From assembly GCF_963921235.1 (NCBI RefSeq), contig NC_086097.1:51276001-51340000 (forward strand): a DNA stretch of 64,000 nucleotides. Reading direction: 5' to 3'. Numbering within the stretch: position 1 is the first letter of the stretch; each line of letters starts with the position of its first letter. The notes beneath the pieces are model-generated. The model searched no databases, was not told the DNA's origin, and was given only the letters and a program-made list of their open reading frames with translations. Made by a program: the position numbers and the translations under genes. Below, in pieces: positions 12,996 through 26,073 of the stretch. Source of the stretch: Mobula hypostoma. Lineage: Eukaryota.

Positions 12996-13339
12996 TAATA
13001 CTAAATTAAATGAATGGAATAATCAAAATGCCAGAAACAACTCCAGGTCTACATCATGGTTGCATCTTGAAACCAGTAGAGGACACAGAAATTAATAAAG
13101 AATAAGAAGACAGAAAATAAGAGTAAACTGTAATAACGTAAAAACAACCTGTTGGAGATTTAACTCATGCATTAAAAAAAACTTTTGAAGGACAAGTTTG
13201 TATCCCTTATAGACAGAAACTTAAGAGTGCGATGGGAATAAAAAATAGCAGTGAAATTAAACAAATACTTAACTTTCTTCACAGAGAAAACCTTGCCAGA
13301 AGTATCAGAAAGCACAGGTCTTGCAAGAACAAACAGAAG

Positions 13340-14115
13340 TACTAGAGGAGATGGATAAACAACCTATGTGCAAAAGATAACAGACTGTGCAAATACAAAG
13401 TAGTAGTAATAATAAAAATAAATAAATATCAAGAACATGAAATGAAGAGTCCTTGAAAGTGAGTCCATCGATTGTGGGAACAATTCAGTGTTGGGGAGGG
13501 TGATGTTGAGTAAGTTATCCCCTTTGGTTCAAGAGCCTGATGGTTGAGGGGTAATAACTGTTCATCAACCTGGTGATGTGAGTCATCAGGCTCCTGTAGT
13601 TCCTTCCTGATGGTAGCAGCAAGAAGAGAGCATGGCCCAGATGGTGAGGATCATTGATGTAGGACATTGTTTTCATGCAACAATGCTCCCTTGTAGATGT
13701 TCCCAATGGTGGGAAGGGCTTTACCTGTGATGAACTAGGCAATATCCATTTCTTTGGGAAGGGTTTTCCATTCAAGGGTATTGCTGTTTCCACAACAGAT
13801 CATGATGCAATCAGTCAAAATACTGTGCACCACATATCTATAGAAGTTTGTCAAAGTTTTAGATGACATACCAAATCTTTGCAGACTTCTAAGGAAAGCA
13901 GAGGTAATGCCATGCTTTCACTGTAATGGCATTTACGTGCTGGACCCAGGTCAGGTCCTCTGAAATGATAAAGCTAAGGATTTCAAAGTTGCTGACCCTT
14001 TCCACCTCTAACTCTCCAACGAGAACTGGCTCATGGACCTTCAGTTTTCTCCTCCTAAGGTCAATATTCAGCTCTTTGGTCTTGCTGGCAATAAGTGAGA
14101 GGTTGTTGTTGTGGC
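13340..14115 (-). mobile_element. Rex1-like LINE 3' fragment
   Basis: Minus-strand DPHHLGHALFLLLPSGRNYRSL..HITRLMNSYYPSTIRLLNQ motif. Confidence 0.8.
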
Positions 14116-15031
14116 ACTACTCATGGTGGCTGAGTCAGTTGACCATAAGATTAAGTCCTAATCTTGAACTTGCCAAATTTAAATTAATACCTAGAATATT
14201 TGCTTTGACCCATTTTGATATATTGTTCTGAAATAGGCAACGTTCATCTTTCTGGAGTTATTTCAGTGCTGTGGTGGCTCCCGCATTTGATACATCAGCA
14301 ACAAACAGATAATAAATAGCTTTAAAAAGAAATGTAAATCAGTCAAGAAAGAAAATTAACATCTATATCTATGTAACTGTCAAGAACCAAAGCTGCAAAC
14401 CTGTGCTTGTTAACGCATAATTTCTCAGCAATATTTGAACATTTGTCAATGTGTTTATTACATTTTGGATGAGATATTAGTGAAAATACAGTCTGTGTTA
14501 ACATCTTGTGTGTACACAGCATTTTCCCCAATTGCTTTTTAATACTGACTCTCTTACTTGAATCTGCTTTGGTGGAGTAAATTTAAATAGATGTGGATTT
14601 TGCTTTGGTATGGTAGTACACAGGAGTACAATAGCATTATGAGATACTGTCGTGCAGTGGTCACTTTATTGGATAAGCAGCCAGTCTGGACCATTGGTGA
14701 GCTCAAACACCTTTCCAATAATAACCACAAAATTAAGGGGTTGTCTTAAAAATCCATCTGGTTGACAAAGGAAGGAAATTGACCTTGTGCAACTCTAGAA
14801 AACTAATGTGTTTGATTCTTAGCAGTGTTCTCATGGGCAAAAAATTGCAGGCATCTCCAGTGGCGTCCACATTAACAAAAAAAACTAAGTTACCACGGCA
14901 CAGGTGAACCTTTAAACTATTCTTCCACAGGAATATTGTGAAGTTCAAAACAGGAAGCTTGAATAATTTTGTATGTAAATTTGTCCTCTAGGTTTAGTAA
15001 ACATACCAACTAAGCATGTTGTAAACTGAAT

Positions 15032-15568
15032 GGGGGGGGGAGTGGGAGTGGGAGAGATAGAGGGGGTGGGGGGTGAGGGAGGGGTCAAGGGGGAGTGGGA
15101 GATGAGAGAGAAAGAATGAGGAGGGGGAGAGAGGGACAAAGGAAGGGGGAAAGATGAGAGACAGTTGGAATCAGGAGAGAGGAGGGAGGGCGTGAGGGGA
15201 CAAGAGAAGGGGAAGGGAGAGGGGGAAGGGAGAGGTGGAAGGGGGTAGAGAGGGAGAGAAGGAACAGAGAGGGGGACAGAGGAGGAAGAGGGTGTTGAGA
15301 GAGAAACGAGAGAAGAGGATGGGGTGAAGAGTGCTGTGGGATGAAGAGATGGGGAAGAGGGGGAAGGGGAGAGAGGGGTAAGAGGGGAGAGTGGGGAGAA
15401 GGGCGAATGGGGGAATTGGGAAGAGAGGAAGGGGAGAGGGGACAGTGGGGAGAGGGAGGAGAGGGGGTAGCGGAGAGGTTTGAGTAAGGGGGAGAGTGGG
15501 GCATAATGGGCAGTAAGAAGGGTGGGTGGAGAGGGGGTGAGAGGCGGGAAGTGGAAGGAGAGATGGAG
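15032..15568 (+). repeat. Polypurine G/A-rich low-complexity tract (C/T-rich on the NIN sense strand)
   Basis: About 540 bp of GGGGAGAG/GGAAGG-like degenerate repeats with many G3+ runs. Confidence 0.9.
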
Positions 15569-15959
15569 TAATTTATGTAAGGAGCAGAATTTGAGATTGC
15601 ATTAATTTCAAAAGGGATTCTTGGCCTGTAGATGGGAAGGTAAATTAATGCCTGATTATTTTTTTTCACTTTAACGTCTTATATTATTTATAAATATTTT
15701 AGAGTGTTTCGATTAACTTTTCTTTGCATTCATTTTTAAAAGCTTTGTGTTTTCTTTATTTGATAACAGATTTACCTGTCTCAGCATGTTTAAAAAGTTC
15801 CTTTTTTCACAAGGAGCAAAGCTCCACCCCTAGATTTCCTTCTCTCGGGAGCCATGCCATGAAACTTGAGAGTGCAGCGGAACTGGAAGATAGTATCTAC
15901 ACATTTGGACCAGGAAAATGTCCAAATGGGGGAGTGTGGGGGTGGGGGGATGTTGTGAG

Positions 15960-18472
15960 ACACAGAATATGCATCATGGCCTGCTATGGAAACACCAATG
16001 CCCTTGTATGGAAATGCCTGCAAAAAGAAATGGAAACGGCCCAGTCCATCAGAGGGAACGCCCTCCCCACCATTGAGCACATCTGCTAGGAGCGCTGTCG
16101 CATGAAAGATAGTCCATCATCAAAGACTCCCACCATCCAGGTCATGCTCTCTTCTCACTGCTGCCATCAGTAAAAAGGAACAGGAGCCTCACGACCCACA
16201 CCACCAGATTCAGGAACAGTTATTACCCCTCAATCATCAGGCTCCTGAACCAAAAGGGATAACTTCACTCACCCCGTTACTGAACTGTTCCCACAACCTA
16301 TGGTCGCACTTTCAACGACTCTTCATCTCACGTTCTCAATACTTATTGCATATTTATTTATTTTTAATTCTTTTTCTCAGCTCAAGCTAATAAAACCTGA
16401 GGTATGGGCACATTCAAGCATGCTCATTTCTCGATCCCCAGGAACTTTTGGACTATTCTAGTGGTGTTTAGCATTGTTGCTTTCTGGAGATTTACATAGA
16501 TATTGCTGTGTAGGCCTATTTGTTTAATGCTATTGTGTAGTGACTTTGGGATGGTTCCAGTTGTAGCTATTACTATCGGGACAATGTATACCCTTTACAT
16601 GTTCCAAAATCTTTGAATTTCCTCTTTCAATTCAACATATTTCTGGTGTTTTGCACTTACTGATTTCTATATGTTATGTATGTTTGGAATGGCTGAATCT
16701 ATTAAGTAAATTGCTCTTGCTTGTATATCCTATAATATTTTATCCAGATTGTCTTATCTGTAATAATGGATAGGCCATAATATAATTTGTAGGATTCTGA
16801 CTCTAAAACTTTATCAGGCTTGTATTTATAGGAAGGTATGGTGTCTTTTCTAAGTTTGTATCTTAACGCAAGGTGTTGGTGAATATGTTCGCCAGTTGAT
16901 GGTGCCTGTATAACTAATCATATTGGGATAAACTGTTGCAGGATCCTGTAATGTGTTGGATTGTTTCTGATTTCTCTTGATTTTTCTGCATTTGTCTTGA
17001 ATTTGTTGGAGTTTTATTATGAATTTTGAAATATTTTGGTGTTAACCTGTATTGCCTCAAGAAACCCGTCTGTTTCTGGCAAGAAGTCTCCAACTATCAG
17101 CCAGGCTTTCAAAGGTTCCTCATCAACATCTAGTCTGGTCAGATCTTGTGGTTGCCTTCCATGGAAGGTCATGTCCCTCCGTTGGTTAACATTTTCTTCT
17201 ATAGCAATAATTTCTTCACTTTTCTGGGTTGTGCTCTCATTTAAGTTTAGTGGTGTGTACTTCTCATCAGAATTGCATATGCTCATGTCAAGTGCTGAAT
17301 CCTGTTTTCATTTTAAAAAATATATATCCTTAGAAGTCTTATCTGACTGTTGTGTAAATTTTTTAATGTCAGTTATTCCTCTTCCTCCTACTGTCCTAGG
17401 TAGTGCTAATCTAACTGTGTTCGAGTGTACACAGTGTTTTCTAAAATTTGTCGTTTAAGTTCTTATTTTTCTTTGCAAAGTTTCTAGCTCAGTTTCAGAC
17501 CAAGATATTATACCAAAAGAATACATTAATAAGGGTATAGTGGAAGTGTTTATTGCCCTTGTTATATTTTTGCAGTTGAACTGTTTGGCAGATTTTCTTA
17601 AGCCTTGAAGTAAATTCTGTCCAAAGTTTTCCCTTTATCACACTATGATCTATTTTCTTTGCTGGTTGATATCCCAGATGCTTTTATACTTCATATTCAT
17701 CCATCAGTTGTATTGTATCCTGCTGCTCGGGTTTATATTCTACTAGCTCCATTGCACCTTTCCTTATGTTTAATGTTCTGCACTTAGCTGCTGCAAAGCT
17801 TATATCTACATTTTTAGAAAATAGTTCTACCATTTGAATTAATTGCTTTAGCTTTATTGATGAAGGAGTGTCCAACTTCAGATTGTCCATGTATAATTTG
17901 TTTGGTTGTTTCTGACTTGACACCCAATTTTTGTCCGGTTCTGTGAATTAGAGAGCGGGTTTAAAGTTAGACAAAGCCATAGGGGGCTTAGTGGCACCCT
18001 GGCAAATGCTTCGGTTTATTTGGATATCAGTGGTTGTTCTGTTTCGGTTGTTAATAGATTGGTGTACTATAATCACCCTATGCTTCATCAGATTTCACGG
18101 TATTGGATGTAGTTTATATATTAACCTGCAGTGCGGGACAGGATCAAATGCTTTTTTGTAGTCAATTTTACACATTATATTTTTCTCCAGCTCAAGCTGG
18201 TAAAACCTGAGGTACAGGTAGAGCCAAGCACACTCATTTCTCAATTGCTAGGAACTTCTGGGCTATTCTATTATTACTATTATTACCTGTTTTTGCATTT
18301 TCACAGTTTCGGGTTTTTTTGCACATTGGTTGTTGTCTGTCCTGTTGGGTGTGGTCTTTCATTGATTCTATTGTATTTCTTGTAGTTACCGTGTTTGCCC
18401 ACAAGAAAGTGAATTTCAGGGCTGTATAGGGTGACATATATGCACTTTGCTAATAAATTTACTTTGAACTTG
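15960..18472 (+). mobile_element. Rex1-like LINE 3' end, split by an insertion at about 16367-18269
   Basis: CIMACYGN...LQKEMETAQSI.GNALPTIEHI and HHPGHALFSLLPS motifs. The 3' UTR resumes at about 18270 and ends aataaatttactttgaactt, as in the copy at 8920-9500. Confidence 0.75.
16368..18270 (-). mobile_element. R4/Dong-like non-LTR retrotransposon with restriction-like endonuclease (degenerate)
   Basis: Minus-strand RT motif LYMDNLKL, LGYQ, AINT..IP...YSFG.I.WS.TEL, ETDGFL.AIQ, zinc-knuckle region DKCRK...ETIQHITGSC...Y.HQ, an RLE-like D.AIP / IVPIV segment, and C-terminus LQKATMLNTTRIVQKFLGIEK*. Confidence 0.75.
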
Positions 18473-18829
18473 GATTCTAGACAGCAGGTCCAATCCAGTA
18501 GGATCAGACTTGGAAATATGGTTGTGATCCCACAGTTGTTAGATGTAGACACTTATCCATTCAACAGTAGCTTCAGCACACATCTTTGTAGTTCACCTTC
18601 CATCAAGGGCAGGAGGGGATGGGAAGTGAATGAAGCCACATCCACATCCTGTTAGCAAATAAAATTCTAAACACACACAGTAGGTGTTAGAAAACACATC
18701 GCAAGCTCACTGCCCTCAAAACAGGAAAAATATAACAGGCTGACATGGTAGAGTGAGATGGGGCATGTGCAGTTTACATGTTATGGAGAAGTTTGAGGTG
18801 TCTTAAAAGTCACCTTAAAAATGATTAAC

Positions 18830-20645
18830 TATTACACTAAGTTCACGAATGCCTACCGTGTTATTCCATGCCCATACTTCGGAAAGTTGATCAACTGGCT
18901 GTATTCTACTCCAAGTATAGGCAGAGACTGAAAACTGCAATACTGGTAACAAGGACCAAAAAGGTATGGACCAGGGACACACAGGAGCGCCTACAGGACT
19001 TCTTTGAATCAGGTGGACTGGACTGTGTTCAGGGAATCATCTTCAACCCTGGATAAGTACGCCACAATTGTCACCAACCATTAAAACCTGTGTGGATGAG
19101 TGCGTGCCTTCAAAAACTTGCTGTACATTCCCAAATCAAAAACCATGGATGAACCAGAAGGTTCATAGTCTGCTGAGGGCTAGATCTGTGGTATTTAAGT
19201 CTGGCGATCCAGGTCTGTACAATAAAACCAGGTACGACTTGTGGAAGACCGTTTCAAGAGCCAAGAATCAATTCAGGGAGAGGTTGGAAGCAACATTGGA
19301 TGCATGTCAATTCTGGCAGGGTTTGCAGTCCATTACTTTCTACAAGGTGAAACCTAATAGCATGGATAAGAGTGATGCTTCCCTACCAGACGAGCTCAAC
19401 ACCTTTTACGCTTCCTTTGAAAGGGAGAATAAAACCACAGCTACGAAGACCCCTGCAGCATCCGATGACCCCGTGATCTGTCTTGGCTGTCTTTCAAGAG
19501 GGTGAACCCTTGCAAGGCAGCAGGGCCAGATGGAGTACCTGGTAAGGCTCTGAAAACTCGTGCCAACCAACTGGTGGGAGTATTCAAAGACATTTTAAAT
19601 CTCTCACTGTTATAGTCAGAAGTTCTCACCTGCCTCAAAAGGGCAACAATTATACCAGTGCCTAAGAGCAGGGTGAGCTGCCTGAATGACCATCGCCCGG
19701 TAGCACTCACATCTACAGTGATGAAATGCTTTGAGCAGTTGGTCCTGACTAGACTGAACTCCTGCCTCAGCAAGGACCTGGAGCCACTGCAATTTGCCTA
19801 CCACCACAATATGCCTGCAACAAACACAATCTCAGTGGCTCTCCATTTACCGCCATCATTCCTACAGTCCTGATTGAAAAGCATACAAGAGCAAGATACA
19901 CCAGTTAGCTGAGTGGTGTCGCAGCAACAATCTTGCCCTCAATGTCAGCAAAACCAATCAGCTGATTGTGGATTTCAGGAAGGGCAAGACAAGGGAACAC
20001 AAACCAATTCTCAGAGGGATCAACAGTGAAGAGAGTTAGCAATTTCAAGTTCCTGGAAGCCAAGACAGTAGCTATACTTCATCAGGAATTTGAGGAGACT
20101 TGGTTTGTCAACTAGAACACTCGAAAATATCTACAAATGTACCATGGAGAGCATTCTGACTGGCTGCATTACCGTCTGCTAATGGGGGGGGGGGGGTTAC
20201 TGCACAAGATTGAAATAAGTTGCAGAAGTTTGTAAAATTAGGCAGCTCTATCATAGGTACTAGCCTCCGCAGTATCCAAGACACCTTCAAGGAGCAGTGC
20301 CTTCAGAAGGTGGTGACCATCATTAAGAACCCCCACCACCCAGGGCATGCCCTCTTCACACTGTTATCATCAGGGAGGAGGTGCAGAAGCCTGAAGGCAC
20401 ACACTCGGTGATTCAGAAACAGATTCTCCCCCTCTGCCATCTGATTTTTAAATGGACATTGAACCCATGAACACTACCTCACCACTTTTTTTATTTCTGT
20501 TATTTGCACTATTTATTTTACCTTAGCTATTGAATAGACATATATACTTAATGTAACTCAGGTTTTTTCCCTCTCTATTTATTTATCATGTAAGTTATTG
20601 TACAGCTGCTGTAAAATTAACACATTTCACAACATATGCCAGTGA
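18830..20645 (+). mobile_element. Rex1/Babar-like LINE, internally deleted ORF
   Basis: [57 protein letters not shown] and HHPGHALFTLL.SGRR motifs, with frameshifts. Confidence 0.85.
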
Positions 20646-21142
20646 GCAACAGGTAAAAGAAATGGGTAGAGATTGACCTGTTCTCCCTCCATATTAGTCT
20701 CGTTGGAATTTTTTTTTAAATCAGTAATGAGATCTCATCACTTACTGGAGGATCGGAAAAGCATGTTGTGTAGCAGCATGCCAGTAGAAAATGCAATGTT
20801 CAAATAAGAAGGAAAATACAGTAGTTATGCTGGCTATTCTCCCCCCATAAATGGGGAAAATTTATGAATGAATTTTTTTTAAACTTACCATGATGAATTC
20901 AAAGAGAAATCTTCCTTCAACTGAGAAGATTATTTTCAACTTGGCTTATCTGGTACAACTCTCTTCAAAACCATAATATTGTATTAAGCCACATATACTG
21001 GAGCCAATAAATCTTGTCCGCTTCTCAGTTTCATCTCTCTAATGCACTGCATTGTGCTTTCCAATGAAGTATTACATTATTATTTTATCTGGCATCCAGT
21101 ACATCCAACAATATCCAAATATTGAATGAAGGTTTGGCAAAT

Positions 21143-21320
21143 TAAAATGCTAGAAATAATCAGCAGGCTGGACAGCATCTGCTGAAAGGGAGAACGATGA
21201 AATATTATCAACCTAAAATATTAGCCATTTATCTGTCGATGGCTGCTGAATGACCTGCTGAGTATTCCCTACGTTTTATGATTTATTTCAAGTTCCTGGC
21301 ATCTGCAGAGTTTTGCTTTT
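21143..21320. mobile_element. Penelope-like terminal repeat remnant in inverted (hairpin) arrangement
   Basis: aaaatgct.gaaata.tcagcagg...cagcatc and gctg...gacctgctgagtattcc...gcatctgcag, the same terminus as 29992-30120 and 55524-55653. Confidence 0.55.
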
Positions 21321-22852
21321 CCATTGATTGCACTGCTAATTAATATGATTACCCAAGACCAATTTAAATTATTTCTAAATCTCACCAATGATTTAAAATG
21401 TGCTGACTGACCAACTAGATTTCCACCATTTACTATTTTTATTTCAGGCAGTGAATAAGGTAGTCCAGACATTGACTTGGGCAATTTATTTGTAAAATCA
21501 GATTGCCAGAATTTTGTACATCAGATGAGACCTCACCATTATGTCAGTATGGTGCATACTGAGCTCCATGTTTTAGTATAACCGTAGTAGTAGTAGTCAT
21601 ACTTTATTGATCCCGGGGGAACTTGGTTTTCGTTACAGTTGCACCATAAATAATAAATAGTAATAGAACCATAAATAGTTAAATAGTAATGCAACCATAT
21701 CTACAGCCTACCGTTCATGGAGTTTAGATGTTAATTAAGAGGTGCCAAGCTTCTAATTAAAAAAAGTTACAGCAGTGGAGCAACTAGGCAAACACAAAAT
21801 GGCACAAGTACACAGCGTACCACATAGTCTCCTGATAATCTACATGTACTGGTGTCAACTAATTACAGCTAGTGTTGCTTTAACAACCAAGTTGCAACAT
21901 TTAAGCATCTTATTTCATGCAGGAATTCTAGTTGTCCTTGGTCCCTATTACTGATATAACATCCCTAATGTTGTCCTGTTACAGTGTATGTCTTTATCCA
22001 CTATTAAGATTTGCTTAAAAGACACATTTGATTCAGACCATTCGGTATCAAGTCCACTCCTAAATTTAAACATTAAGCAGACCTAACTGCATTTAGTAAA
22101 AAAATCTACACATCTGTTCTTCCTGCTGCTGTATTTTGATTGTACTGAAATTATGTTCAGTTCCCCCATTGCAGATTCTCATATCCAATTTGATCATGTG
22201 GATGAATTCTTGCTACATAAATCTTACTATTATTGTGTAATTGGATGGTTCTTAGGATTGTTTCCACATTGTATGCCAGCTGTTATATTTTCTCTGCTAT
22301 TTCCTTTGCTATAAAAGTGATGACGGGATGTGGGATGTGGGGTTCACGGCAAAGACCATCATTTGTTGTCAACCTCTAAATGCTCTGAAGTGTGGAGGTC
22401 ACGTGGGTGGTATGGAATCCCTATCTACGGGTAACCCCACTTCACAGCCATTCTGATAACTGAAATTCACCCCACAGAATTCGTAAGTCACAAACCAGAA
22501 ATTTAAGATAGGAAAAAAGCTTTTTCTCTTTAGATTTATTTTATAAAAATGTAAATAAATGCTTATTCCTAACTTTTATGTCACATTGCATGCGTGAATG
22601 ATGTGGCTTTGTATTATGAAAAATCATGATACAGGTTATTTTCTAAGAACACAAAACTCCATCATGTTGGGGGTGGGGTGGTGGGGGGGTCACCCACAGA
22701 CCAGGTCAGGGCAGCAGCTTTCCTTCTCTTTAGGGTACAAGTGAATCAGATGTGTTGGTAACAGTAATCCAATAGTTTAATCATTAACATTATGAGGCTA
22801 GCTTAAAGCGGGGTGGGTATGGTAGTATGGAGATTAGCATAATTCTGCACAG

Positions 22853-24046
22853 CAGGGGTCCCCAACCTTTTTCGCACTGCGGACCGGTTTCATATTGACA
22901 ATATTCTTGCGGACCAGCCGACCGGGCGGGGGTGGGGTGGGGTGGGGTGGGGGGCTGTCAACGGACAAGAGTAGCAGTCAAATACGCTGGGTTTTCCCCG
23001 AGAAAGACTACAATGACCATGAACCCTTGCGCGGGCACCAGTGCGCATGTGTAATTTGCGCATGCATGTACGATTTTTTTCTACAAATCGTTTTTGGTGA
23101 TTCTGTTCGGGGGGGGCAGGGTGTTAATCACGACCGGAGTATAGATGATAATTAGCTAATACACTCAATTTTGTTTCTAAAAGGGTTTATCTAATGAATT
23201 TAATATTAAACACACAGTGTATATTTTCCTCGCACGAATATAATGATAAGTCAATTATCGGGGAGGACACGAAACTTGAAGTAAATGTTGAACGAACTTC
23301 CAGTAGAAGTGGTAGAGGCAGGTTCGATATTATCATTTAAAGAAAAATTGGATAGGTATATGGACAGGAAAGGAATGGTGGGTTATGGGCTGAGTGCAGG
23401 TCGGTGGGACTAGCGTTCAGTAGCGTTCAGCACGGACTAGAAGGGCAGAGATGGCCTGTTTCCGTGCTGTAATTGTTATATAAGTCAATAGCATCATAAC
23501 ATTTTAAGTATCGTTTGGAGATTAAACACGCAGCACATATTTTCCCCGTATGAACATATAAAATCATTGCAACACACCAATATCGCTGAATCAGTGGGAG
23601 CCCTGGGCTTGTTTTCCGGCAACAAGACGGTCCTATTGAGGGGTGACGGGAGACAGTGATACTCGAAGGGGGTTCCTTATGTCCAGTCTATTCCGCAATT
23701 TAGTTTTCGTTGCATTCATTGCAAAGATACGTTGGAAATGGAAGCAACGTTTTCAGTGCTTTCGTGGCTATCTCAGGATATTTATCCTTGACTTTGATCC
23801 ATAATGCCGGCAGAGATGTTATGTCAAACATACTTATCAGCCCGCATCATTTGCAAGCTCGAGGAGTTGATCTTCTTCCCGCGCTGACATGGATGACTCG
23901 CGGATAATGACCTCGCGTGCGTAATGGCTCAACAATGGGCGTGACAGGGAATGAGGAAAGGTGCAGCTGACACCTATCGCCAAATCATATCGTTTTCTCG
24001 CGGCCCGGTAGAGCACGCTCTGCGGCCCGGTGGTTGGGGACCGCTG
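22853..24046 (-). mobile_element. hAT (Charlie-like) non-autonomous DNA transposon
   Basis: TIRs CAGGGGTCCCCAACC / GGTTGGGGACCGCTG; 8-bp TSD ctgcacag / ctgtacag. Minus-strand transposase C-terminus remnant WIKVKDKYPEIATKALKTLLPFPTYL...KTKLRNRLDI...LRVSLS...KQAQGSH* at about 23588-23805. Confidence 0.9.
23256..23479 (+). mobile_element. Short CR1 3' fragment inside the hAT element
   Basis: gtggtagaggcagg...ttggataggtatatgga...ggcctgtttccgtgctgta CR1 tail, flanked by ataagtcaat at 23246-23255 and 23480-23489. Confidence 0.75.
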
Positions 24047-25329
24047 CTGTACAGCACCAACTGAAAGGTCACAATTCAATTCCTGCTGCTGCCTATTGGG
24101 AGTCTGTACATTCTCCCTGTGACCGTGTGGTATTTTCCTCTGGGTGCTCCGGTTTCCTCCCACATTCCAAGCACACAGGAGTTAGGCTTGGGCATGCTTT
24201 ACGTTGGCACCAGCAAGATGTTAACACTTGTGGACCATCCCCAACACATCATGGACTGTATTGGTCGTCGATGCAACAATGCGTTTCATTGCATGTTCAA
24301 TGTACATGTGACAAATAAGGCCAATCTTTAATCTCTTCCAGATGTATTTATTTGAATTTAAATTCCCCAGCTCCCGTGGTGGCACTTAAACCCCCATATT
24401 GCAAATCAACATTGTTGAATCTAGTGGCTAGTTCAGTACCTTATTCTTTATGCGAGAAATCGTTTTGCAACATTTAGTGAGATACATGTTTATTTTCCTT
24501 TATTCATTTCCCATTTCCATGTGACATAGGTGGGTTATTGGCCTGTCAAATCCATGCTTGCTCACAAGCAATCTCATTTCCTTTTTAACTAACAGGTGCC
24601 CATGAAATTTTACCACGTGACTACACCACAGAGGTAAATTAGAATGGCCAATTAACATAGCAATATCACATATTTGGAATTTGGGAAGTAACCATACCAC
24701 TGGAAGGAAATTCATGTGGTCACAAGGAGAAAGTGCAAACTGCACTGGAGTTATGAGTTGTGTCACTGTGTTACACTCTATTCCCCTTTTAGTTTATTGC
24801 ATTCAATCTCCGAAATTCACTTACAAGTTGTGGGCTTACTTACAATTTTAATTCTGCTCCAGGTGGACTGGTGAAGTCTGGAATCCAGTAGCTGATTTAT
24901 GGCCTAATCGGGGCATATCAGCTAAGTACTACATGCTGCACCAATCTGTTTTACTTCATAGAACACTTTCTGGTTCCAAAAGAAGTGATCAATGTCATCA
25001 TTTACAAAGTTTGGAACACAGTACAATATTATATTTGATACAGATGTTCATTTATCCTCAACAAGTACAGTGCGCTTGAAGGGACTTGGAATATAATGTT
25101 ACATATAATTTGGACGGTCACCCTATGAATGTGAGACACATTACCAATTTCTGCCAAAATGCAGTAGATTCCAAATTAGAAATGCGAGTCTGATAAATTA
25201 CCTCCTACTTCTTAATCTCAGTCCATTCAAGAAATGGCATGACCTTTGAACATACAAAAGGCATGTTCACAAATAAATTCTGGGCTGAAAATGTAGCTGT
25301 GCCACAAATAGCAAATTTAAACATCCCAC

Positions 25330-25487
25330 CTCAATATCATCCCCAGAAGGATTGTGCTCTGGCTGCCTTCCATCAGACTTTGGTGCTGTGCCAGTGACTT
25401 CCTCCAGTGAGTCCTGAAATTCTGGCGCTGTTCTTCGTCCATATCGTTTTCCATCCTTGACATACTTTGGCTGTACCTCAGCGGAAT
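25330..25487 (-). CDS. NIN: NIN coding exon, 158 nt
   Basis: Acceptor gcttgcag|AT; reads (D)SAEVQPKYVKDGKRYGRRTAPEFQDSLEE...SGDDIE; donor GAG|GTGGGA; phase 1 to 0; lies within ORF 25267..25548. Confidence 0.92.
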
Positions 25488-26073
25488 CTGCAAGCACACA
25501 ATACAGCTTCACCATCCCAAACCAAATTTTATTATTACAAGTTTTCACTAAAGTCCATGCTTATCCAGATCAATCTCTATTCTGGCCTGAAAGCTATCAA
25601 TATTCAGTGTAACCACAACAGTTGGACAAAGTCGAACCCTATTCAAAATGCAAGTACAAACTTTGCAGTGATAATGGATTGTAATTATAAAGACTTGAAT
25701 AGGGTGAGAAGGGAAACCATCTCCATCCAGCCTTGATGGGCCTTAACTCAAAAAATATGATTGAAAATGCAAATATTGCTAATTGTATGATCTGCACCTC
25801 CAGACTTTACCTCAAAGTAACCAGCCTTTTGGGCTATCCACAATACTGTATAGTGAATGTTCCATCGAAATGTCCATTCTTTGAGTAAAAGCTACACCAG
25901 AAGCAAAAGCCTACAACTTGGCATTTTATTGGCTAGATGTTCAGCTGAAGGCACAGTTTATTCATGCGAGTTTGCAAACCATCATCTAAGACTAGAGTAG
26001 CTACATTATATGGCGGGAAGATTGATTGTTGGAATACAAGCAATACTGTTATTTCCAATTTATTACCTAGCGT

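Larger units (their letters stand above)
22817..24330 (+). mobile_element. tRNA-derived SINE interrupted by a hAT element
   Basis: A-box-like tggtagtatgg before the insertion; ttcaattcc B-box remnant and ctccggtttcctcccacattcc core after it; tail catgtgacaaataa. Confidence 0.7.

Noticed and set aside
15085..15669. 194-aa Pro/Ser/Leu-rich ORF
   Set aside because: It results from the C/T low-complexity tract, which rarely contains stop codons.
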